From the NCBI GenBank assembly GCA_964428105.1, contig CAYRWT010000001.1, positions 1 to 30,742 of the forward strand: 30,742 nt of DNA. Direction: 5' to 3'. A program made the translations under genes and the position numbers. The notes under the pieces are model-generated. The model had not been told where the DNA came from and searched no databases. It worked only from the letters and a program-made list of their open reading frames with translations. This DNA is from an uncultured Candidatus Peribacteria bacterium (GTDB lineage Bacteria > Patescibacteriota > Gracilibacteria > Peribacterales > Peribacteraceae). This document shows positions 24,388 through 30,742 of the stretch, in pieces; position 1 is the stretch's first letter; each line of letters opens with the position of its first letter.

Positions 24388-24393
24388 TAAAAT
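24388..24393 (+). promoter_or_regulatory. -10 box TAAAAT 6 nt before the glmS ATG
   Basis: TAAAAT-ctccct-ATG. Confidence 0.6.
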
Positions 24394-24399
24394 CTCCCT

Positions 24400-26172
24400 A
24401 TGTGTGGAATCTTCGGATACATCGGTACGCGAATTGATGCCGGCAAGATCGTATTGAATGGACTGAAAAATCTCGAGTATCGTGGCTATGATTCTTGGGG
24501 GGTAGCTATGCAAACAGAGAATAAACTTCGCATCACAAAAGATATTGGAAAGATTAGTGGTGTTGATGCGCAGCAATTCGAAGCTTCATCGAGCCTTGCG
24601 ATTGCACATTCCAGATGGGCAACCCATGGTGGAGTCACATCCCTCAATGCCCACCCTCACATAGATAGTTCTGGAGAGATTGCTGTTGTTCATAATGGGA
24701 TCATCGAAAATTATGAGGAATTGAAGCATGAATTAGAGTCACAAGGAGTGGCATTTGTTTCCCAGACAGATTCAGAAGTCATTCCCCATCTTCTCGCATC
24801 GTTTTTGCATCAGGGACTTTCCTTTGTCGATGCATTTCGCAAGACGTGTTTACGTTTACATGGCCGCTTTGCAATTTTGGCACTCCATCAAACAGAACAT
24901 TGTCTGATAGCAGCGCGTATCGGCTCCCCTCTCATCGTTGGTGTTGGAAAGAAGGAAATTTTTATCGCATCTGATATCCCAGCATTCCTCGAACACACAC
25001 GTACCGTGCAATATCTCGATGATGGCGAAATGGTCGTTGCTTCAATGGATGGCGTGACGTTTAGTGATATAGCGAGTGGTACAGAGCGTACAAAACGCAG
25101 TATCGAGATTGCATGGAAATCTGGAGACGCAACAAAAGGAGAATACCAACATTACATGCTCAAAGAGATCATGGAGCAAAAAGAAAGCATTATTCGTGCC
25201 GTGCACCAAGATGATGAGGAAATCGAAACGATTGCACACGCTATCGAACATTGTATGGGGTGCTTTCTCTCTGGTTGTGGAACCGCTGCAAAAGTCTGTA
25301 TGGCTGCTGAGTACTTTTTCTCGGTCGTCGCTCATCGCCATGTGAATGTCGTTGCTTCAAGTGAATTTAAGCTCTATCACCACTTTCTTCGCCCAGAGAG
25401 CTTACTCATCGTCGTAAGCCAAAGTGGAGAGACAGCAGATGTTCTCGAAGCAATGAGTGTTGCGAAGGCTGCGAAGTCCAAGGTTCTTGCAATTGTGAAT
25501 GCAGAAGGATCTTCTATCTATCGTGCTGCGAATTCTGCTCTTTTGATCAATGCAGGGCCTGAGCGCGCTGTTGCATCCACAAAAGCAGCAACAGGACAGA
25601 TGGCTGTACTTCTCCTTATCGCTCACGCTGTTGCAGGGAAATTGAAAGAAGGAAGGACTTTACTCTTAGAAACTGGCGGAAAAATCAATGATATGTTGAA
25701 TCCACGCTATATCGAGCACATCCGCTCGATCGCTGAGACCATCAAAGGACACGAGAACCTCTATATCATCGGAAAAGGTTGGAATTACCCTATGGCGCTC
25801 GAGAGTGCGATAAAGATCCAGGAAGTGAGCTATGTGCACGCGGAAGGTTTCGCTGCTGGTGAACTCAAGCACGGTCCTATTGCTTTGATAGAAAAAGGCA
25901 CACCGTGCCTTGCTCTCCTCGGTGAAGATGAAGTGAAGACAGATGTCCTCAGTAATATCCAGGAACTGAAAGCTCGTGGAGCAAATATCATCGCTATCGC
26001 ACCAGAGAAACATCCTTCGTTCGATCACTGGATAAAAGTGCCAGACAGCGGACCTGCTCAGCCAATCGTGAATGTTATCCCAGTGCAGATCCTCGCGTAC
26101 CTCCTCGCAGTGCTTCGAGGGAAAGATCCGGATATGCCAAGAAACTTAGCGAAGAGCGTGACGGTGAAGTGA
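24400..26172 (+). CDS. glmS: Glutamine--fructose-6-phosphate transaminase (isomerizing)
   Basis: MCGIFG, LEYRGYDSWG, HSRWATHG, NAHPH, VHNGIIEN, SQTDSEV, SQSGETAD, ELKHGP, PRNLAKSVTV. Confidence 0.98.
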   Translation: MCGIFGYIGTRIDAGKIVLNGLKNLEYRGYDSWGVAMQTENKLRITKDIGKISGVDAQQFEASSSLAIAHSRWATHGGVTSLNAHPHIDSSGEIAVVHNGIIENYEELKHELESQGVAFVSQTDSEVIPHLLASFLHQGLSFVDAFRKTCLRLHGRFAILALHQTEHCLIAARIGSPLIVGVGKKEIFIASDIPAFLEHTRTVQYLDDGEMVVASMDGVTFSDIASGTERTKRSIEIAWKSGDATKGEYQHYMLKEIMEQKESIIRAVHQDDEEIETIAHAIEHCMGCFLSGCGTAAKVCMAAEYFFSVVAHRHVNVVASSEFKLYHHFLRPESLLIVVSQSGETADVLEAMSVAKAAKSKVLAIVNAEGSSIYRAANSALLINAGPERAVASTKAATGQMAVLLLIAHAVAGKLKEGRTLLLETGGKINDMLNPRYIEHIRSIAETIKGHENLYIIGKGWNYPMALESAIKIQEVSYVHAEGFAAGELKHGPIALIEKGTPCLALLGEDEVKTDVLSNIQELKARGANIIAIAPEKHPSFDHWIKVPDSGPAQPIVNVIPVQILAYLLAVLRGKDPDMPRNLAKSVTVK

Positions 26173-26241
26173 TGGTATGAGTTTTCAACTATGCCGCCTT
26201 TAGTTTTTCGTGCTCTTTCAGTACATCAAATCCTATTTGAG

Positions 26242-26553
26242 TTAAGATGAATGCGTAAGAGCATACTTAACAACATCTGCGACTGTTTCAGTGGTGATGT
26301 TTTTTCTAATGCAATAACTAGAATTTAGCCAAAGTTTAAGTAGCTTTGCGCCCTTACTTGCATTACAAGAGCAACAACAAAGAGCAATATTGTTTGAATT
26401 AACAATACTAGCGTTGTTGATAATATGTTCCCAGGTTTGTATAGATTTTCGAGATTTATTGTTTTGGGTGAATTGGATACCGCAATAAATACAGGACTTA
26501 TCTCTGTTTCTCACCTCATTTTCTAGCCAGTCTGGAATATTCCATTTATTCAT
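26242..26553 (-). CDS. Small HNH-family endonuclease (103 aa, low GC)
   Basis: RDKSCIYCG...WEHII...NIALCCCSCNASKG: two CxxC motifs and an H-N-N pattern. Confidence 0.85.
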   Translation of the reverse strand: MNKWNIPDWLENEVRNRDKSCIYCGIQFTQNNKSRKSIQTWEHIINNASIVNSNNIALCCCSCNASKGAKLLKLWLNSSYCIRKNITTETVADVVKYALTHSS

Positions 26554-26600
26554 AACACACTGATTTTACACAACTATCAGTAACCATGCTTCGATTCTCC

Positions 26601-29177
26601 TCACCTCTTCTCATCTGGTGGTAGACCGTAATACTCGAAGAGGAAGGCGGCGATGTCCTTGAAGAGTGGAGCTGCGGATTTCGAACCGAAATCATCTTTC
26701 TTCGGGCGATCGAGCTTTACGAGAACAACGAACTTGGGATCATCGACTGGGGCAAACCCTGCGTAGGTCGCAATCGTCGAACCTGTTCCTGTTTCATATT
26801 TTCCTCCAGGACCAGCGATCTGACTTGTACCGGTCTTTCCTGCGATGCGGTGACCCTTCACCTTTCCTGCTTTCGCAAAACCATTTTCAGCGCTATTCGT
26901 AAGCATCGCAGTGATAGTCGCTGCTGTTTCTGGTTTTATCACCTGTGCAATTGGGGCTGGTTGTCTTTTTTCGACTGTGCCATCGGATTGGCGTAGTTCA
27001 TCGATAATTGTTGGTTTCATGAGCTTTCCTTGGTTTGCGAGTGCAGCAAATGTTGTCACCATTTGGATCGGAGTAACAGAAATACCTTGTCCATAGGACA
27101 TGGTAAGAACAAGAGCGTCATTCCAATCTCGCCAGCTCTTTAAATCCCCTGGAAGCTCACTATCCAACTCAATTCCTGTGATGTGGCCAAAGCCAAAGCT
27201 ATCGAGAGCTGAGTGAAAGAGTTTTCTGCCAAGTTTTTTACTGACACTCGTCATGCAGGTGTTGATAGAAAAATTGATGCAATCGACCATTGTCACTTTT
27301 CCATAGTATTTATTCAAAGCATTTTTAATCGTAAAGACATCCACTTTCACTGGGCCTTCATCATTGTAAATATCGCTTGGTACGACTTCCCCCTGATCAA
27401 TTGCTATAGCCATGGTAATTGCTTTCATGACAGAACCTGGTTCATAAATCTCTTGTACCGCTCTATTGATATACGATCCAACACCGATATTGTTTCTGTA
27501 TTTCAGCCAAATATGTGGTTCCTGAGTTTTAAATATTTCCCGACGGTTATTGTCTCCGATGTAGAGGTAGTACCTGGTAATTTTATGTAAGTCATAGAGT
27601 TTTTCGAGATCAGAAAGTTGCTGCTGTTTTTCTGGTGAGAGTAGAGATCGTCGTTCCTTTAAATCGGGGAGATAGCTCTTCAAAACACGTACATTGGTAG
27701 TAGGGTCATAGACTTCGATGACAACATTGTTTTCATATGTTTCATCGAGGTAAATTGGTTCACGTTCATAGACTGAGGCATAGCTATTTGAATCGAATAA
27801 TGGAGCATTTGCCATCGCGATAATACGTCCAGTTTTTGGTTCGATGATAACAACTTGCCCGCTCTCTGCATCTACTTTTTTTACCATGGCCTCTAGAAGT
27901 TCCTCCACCTTACTTTGTATAAATCGATCGATTGTCAGAACGATTGTTGCACCATCTTTTGGATCGATAAACGTCTGATCTGAAGAGAGAATTTGCCGAC
28001 CAAATGGATCACTAACAGAGGTAATAAGACCCTCCTGACCTTTCAGAAGTGTGTCATAGGCACGTTCGACGCCGTATTGTGGTTCTTCCAAGGTATTGAT
28101 GAACCCTACAACGTGAGAGGCAATACGTGTATCAGGATAAAATCTCCAGTGCTGTGCGATGAGAGCAACGGATCTGAAAGGATCTTCAAGTCCTGTTGTA
28201 GCTTGTGGTTTTCTTCCTGCGGCACGAGCTTCGGTAACAATACGTTCGCGTTCAGCAAGAGCTTTTTTTGCTTCCCGATCTTTCAATTGACGAATTTGTA
28301 GAGAAATTTTTGGTGGCAAACGTCCCATAATTGGAACATAGCGAAGTTTTCGTGTTTGTAGCTTGTTGATGATCACACTTGGATCGATTTGTAGTATTTT
28401 TGAGAGTGTTCCAGCGATTTCTTCACGTTCGTCTTGATCTACTTGCTCAGGGTTAGCAAATACGAGGCCATCGACAGCATTGACTGTAATCCCGGGGATA
28501 TGAAGATCGTTGACTGCTTGCTGCTGAAGTTTATTTGCACCATACAATAATGGCACGAATGTCATATGCGTTTGTCGAATCTTTTCTTCTATATCGCGAG
28601 AGAAATGACGACGAATTTCACCGATATTTTCTATGGATGTACTGTCTCGCAAGATTGTGCCAGTGTTTACAATTGGAATTTGTGAGCCACTTGATGCTGC
28701 AAACACAGCTGCGATTGGAAATCGTAGTGGATTGAATGCAGCTTGATAGTAGGTGATAAGTTCTGATGGGCAACCCGATAGGCCTTTTCTGCATATTGAA
28801 TCAATTTCATTTGTAATAAGAATATCACTTAACGCATCTGCAACTCTTCCATGATGCTCTCCAATTGTTAGTGGATCGATATAGAGGAGATCGAGTGTTG
28901 TATTCGTCGCAAGAATGCTCACATCATTTGTCTTACTATTGCGACTCAAAATTTCTCCACGTTTTGCAGGAAGAACCACACCTCCATATTGCTGTGCTTG
29001 TGCAATTTGGTGATAATTCTTTCCCTGTAGAATTTGTAGTTCGAGTAACCGAGCAATGACGATGAGACTCAATGTAAGGAGTCCCATATGGAGATAAAAG
29101 AGGCGTCGTTCGAATCTCCTCTTTCGTTGCGCGTCGGAGAGAGCTGCTCTCAAGTACACGGAACGAGAGTGTAGCAC
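26601..29177 (-). CDS. Class B penicillin-binding protein (FtsI/PBP2-like), 858 aa with large insertions (GTG start)
   Basis: TM anchor, PAKRGEI, RFYP, GVERAYD..L.G..G, LTID..IQ, EPGSVMK (SxxK), SIN (SxN), KTGT. Confidence 0.92.
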   Translation of the reverse strand: MLHSRSVYLRAALSDAQRKRRFERRLFYLHMGLLTLSLIVIARLLELQILQGKNYHQIAQAQQYGGVVLPAKRGEILSRNSKTNDVSILATNTTLDLLYIDPLTIGEHHGRVADALSDILITNEIDSICRKGLSGCPSELITYYQAAFNPLRFPIAAVFAASSGSQIPIVNTGTILRDSTSIENIGEIRRHFSRDIEEKIRQTHMTFVPLLYGANKLQQQAVNDLHIPGITVNAVDGLVFANPEQVDQDEREEIAGTLSKILQIDPSVIINKLQTRKLRYVPIMGRLPPKISLQIRQLKDREAKKALAERERIVTEARAAGRKPQATTGLEDPFRSVALIAQHWRFYPDTRIASHVVGFINTLEEPQYGVERAYDTLLKGQEGLITSVSDPFGRQILSSDQTFIDPKDGATIVLTIDRFIQSKVEELLEAMVKKVDAESGQVVIIEPKTGRIIAMANAPLFDSNSYASVYEREPIYLDETYENNVVIEVYDPTTNVRVLKSYLPDLKERRSLLSPEKQQQLSDLEKLYDLHKITRYYLYIGDNNRREIFKTQEPHIWLKYRNNIGVGSYINRAVQEIYEPGSVMKAITMAIAIDQGEVVPSDIYNDEGPVKVDVFTIKNALNKYYGKVTMVDCINFSINTCMTSVSKKLGRKLFHSALDSFGFGHITGIELDSELPGDLKSWRDWNDALVLTMSYGQGISVTPIQMVTTFAALANQGKLMKPTIIDELRQSDGTVEKRQPAPIAQVIKPETAATITAMLTNSAENGFAKAGKVKGHRIAGKTGTSQIAGPGGKYETGTGSTIATYAGFAPVDDPKFVVLVKLDRPKKDDFGSKSAAPLFKDIAAFLFEYYGLPPDEKR

Positions 29178-29186
29178 GATTCTTTT

Positions 29187-30422
29187 TTACCGTTCGATCA
29201 TATGAGCTCGCTCTGGCCCTGTTCCTATATACGCAAGAGGACAATGAATTTGGTCCTCTATTGTAGAGATAAATTCTTGAGCTTCTTTTGGCAATGCATC
29301 GATATTTGTACAATTTGCTGTGGACTGCGACCACCCCGGTATTTCTTTGGTAACAGGCTTTCCTTCCTTCATTGCTATACAGAGAGGAATCGATGGTTCT
29401 CCATCTAAAACATCAAGTTTTGTAAGGTTAATATGTGTTACTCCATTCATCGCGATACTGCGCTCGATATCTGGTAGTGAGAGCCATCCACAACGACGGG
29501 GACGACCAGTAACAGAGCCAAACTCCCCTCCTCTCTTGCGTAGGATATTTGCACGGTCTTCCTGTGCTTCCATCGGGAATGGTCCACTCCCAACACGTGT
29601 GCAGTAGGCCTTCATGACACCGATACAACTTGTGAGAGATTGGGGGGCAAGTCCTAAGTAATGCAATGCAGCTGTCATCGTCGTTGCGCTACTTGTAACA
29701 AATGGATACGTGCCATGATCGAGATCAAGAAGGGCTCCCTGAGCGCCTTCAAGAAGCATGCGGCGCTTTGCAGTAAGGGATGAATGCAGAAAGGTAACTG
29801 TGTCACGGATACATGGACAGAGTAATGAGAGGGATTTTTCTACCATTGCAATTTCTGTGTCTACATCGATCTTCACTCCATACATTTGTTCTATATCACT
29901 ACTTCTTTCGCAGAGTATTTTTCGTAGTTTTACAGTATCCTTTATATCTTCCATTCGAATACCAGTACGAGCAACTTTATCCCCGTACGCAGGACCTATT
30001 CCGCGACGAGTTGTTCCAATTGCACTACCTTTTTTTGCTTTTCGATCTTCCATTATTCCATCGATAGCTTTGTGAAACTCAAAAAGAACATGTGCATTAT
30101 TTGCTATGAAGAGACGCTCAACAATTGAAATCCCCACAGCTTTCAAAAGGTCAATTTCCTCGAGAAGCGTAGGAAGATGTATTACCATCCCGCCTCCCAG
30201 GACGATGGAAACATTTGGGTGGAGTGCTCCAGAGGGAAGAAGGCGAAAAACATGTTTCTTGCCATTTACAACGATGGTGTGCCCTGCGTTGGCTCCACCA
30301 GCTGCGCGAGCAATGATATCGAACTGACTACTCAGTATATCGATGATCTTTCCTTTCCCCTCATCTCCCCATTGTAAGCCAATAACACCACAGACATTGC
30401 CAAGTTTCGTAGGAGTACTCAT
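29187..30422 (-). CDS. purA: Adenylosuccinate synthetase (411 aa; likely start MSTPTK at 30422)
   Basis: GLQWGDEGKGK, GGANAGHT, GTTRRGIGPAY, EGAQG..LD.DHGTYPFVTSS, KAYCTRVGSGPF, GSVTGRPRRCGW, LTKLDVL. Confidence 0.96.
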   Translation of the reverse strand: MSTPTKLGNVCGVIGLQWGDEGKGKIIDILSSQFDIIARAAGGANAGHTIVVNGKKHVFRLLPSGALHPNVSIVLGGGMVIHLPTLLEEIDLLKAVGISIVERLFIANNAHVLFEFHKAIDGIMEDRKAKKGSAIGTTRRGIGPAYGDKVARTGIRMEDIKDTVKLRKILCERSSDIEQMYGVKIDVDTEIAMVEKSLSLLCPCIRDTVTFLHSSLTAKRRMLLEGAQGALLDLDHGTYPFVTSSATTMTAALHYLGLAPQSLTSCIGVMKAYCTRVGSGPFPMEAQEDRANILRKRGGEFGSVTGRPRRCGWLSLPDIERSIAMNGVTHINLTKLDVLDGEPSIPLCIAMKEGKPVTKEIPGWSQSTANCTNIDALPKEAQEFISTIEDQIHCPLAYIGTGPERAHMIER

Positions 30423-30428
30423 GACTGG

Positions 30429-30437
30429 AGCATACCA
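30429..30437 (-). promoter_or_regulatory. Extended -10 TGGTATGCT 6 nt before the purA ATG
   Basis: Minus strand TGG-TATGCT-ccagtc-ATG. Confidence 0.7.
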
Positions 30438-30444
30438 TGGAGGA

Positions 30445-30741
30445 TTACCGAGCCAAACTGCAACATTGATGCACAAGGTTTTTCTGATCCTCTCGACATT
30501 CGAGAATGATACCGACGCAATGTGTATTGTTCTTCGCTTGCATACAAAGATCTTCAATGATGTCAGTCCCCTCTTTTCCTGCAAATAACGCTTGATGCGG
30601 TTCGAAATTCACAACAGAGGGAGAGAGTGAATATTGAAGAGCCTCAGGAATGTATGGTGGATTACTTACAACGAGAAATGGCGTTTGTGGGAGCTCAATA
30701 GAAAGCAGGTCTCCTTGCTGAAATTGTATGCGATGTTCTAC
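30445..30741 (-). CDS. prmC: PrmC/HemK release-factor glutamine methyltransferase, 3' part only (not in the ORF track)
   Basis: Manual translation of the minus strand from 30741: VEHRIQFQQGDLLSIELPQTPFLVVSNPPYIPEALQYSLSPSVVNFEPHQALFAGKEGTDIIEDL...LECREDQ...LAR*. It contains GDL, SNPPY and FEP..ALFAG..G; TAA at 30447-30445. Confidence 0.9.
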   Translation of the reverse strand, partial: VEHRIQFQQGDLLSIELPQTPFLVVSNPPYIPEALQYSLSPSVVNFEPHQALFAGKEGTDIIEDLCMQAKNNTHCVGIILECREDQKNLVHQCCSLAR

Positions 30742-30742
30742 T

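Noticed and set aside
24263-24399. glmS ribozyme upstream of glmS, and the longer rpsT ORF to 24388
   Set aside because: The region holds the rpsT promoter and a -10 box 6 nt before the glmS ATG, leaving no leader; I see no ribozyme core, and the extension is not S20-like.
26170-26172. Genetic code 25 (TGA = Gly) as in Gracilibacteria/Absconditabacteria
   Set aside because: TGA falls exactly at the conserved end of GlmS (SVTVK*), and all conserved genes are full length without internal TGA.
26173-26600. Integron cassette (attC) or Tn7 ends around the HNH gene
   Set aside because: TAAC at the stop and a GTT about 55 nt away exist, but the R boxes do not fit RYYYAAC/GTTRRRY and the L boxes are not complementary. 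No repeated TnsB sites, target duplication or transposase are visible.
30423-30584. N-terminal extension of purA to 30584
   Set aside because: It overlaps the prmC 3' end in another frame; PurA motifs begin just after Met 30422, which has an extended -10 at 6 nt.
1-30742. tRNA, rRNA, tmRNA, CRISPR arrays, inteins, IS elements
   Set aside because: Intergenic gaps are at most about 170 nt and show no cloverleaf/T-loop or spaced direct repeats; DnaB, RecA and the PBP lack intein motifs; no transposase ORF is present.

Overview
A gene-dense, mostly housekeeping bacterial chromosomal segment: 28 complete CDS plus two genes cut by the window edges (rarA/mgsA at the left; prmC/hemK at the right, which the ORF track misses). 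It uses genetic code 11 (TGA is a stop). The gene set, extreme compaction and lack of Shine-Dalgarno motifs suggest a CPR/Patescibacteria genome, probably Peregrinibacteria/Peribacteria-like (inference, not a database result). Recognisable genes: tsaE fused to an HD domain, an M23 peptidase, a WecA/TagO-like transferase, pgk, tyrS, an RluA/RluD-family pseudouridine synthase, a GspE/PilB-like ATPase, NAD kinase, fbp, gap, mraY, dnaB, recA, ruvX, rpsT, glmS, a small HNH nuclease, a large class B PBP and purA. I found no tRNA, rRNA, CRISPR array or transposase. Most notable signals: (1) a TAnnnT -10 box lies exactly 6 nt before the start codon of 10 of 28 genes, suggesting widespread leaderless mRNAs, and the leadered genes have C/U-rich, G-poor leaders; (2) two near-identical GTGTAC-N4-GTACAC palindromes flank the recA promoter (candidate lineage-specific SOS box); (3) a TsaE-HD hydrolase fusion; (4) a sigma70-region-4 plus tandem winged-helix protein; (5) a GapB-like NADP-type GAPDH next to an SBPase-like FBPase and near NAD kinase; (6) several degenerate or domesticated orphans (AroE N-domain, baseplate-J-like membrane protein, zinc-motif-less GspE). 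All family assignments come from motif recognition by eye.
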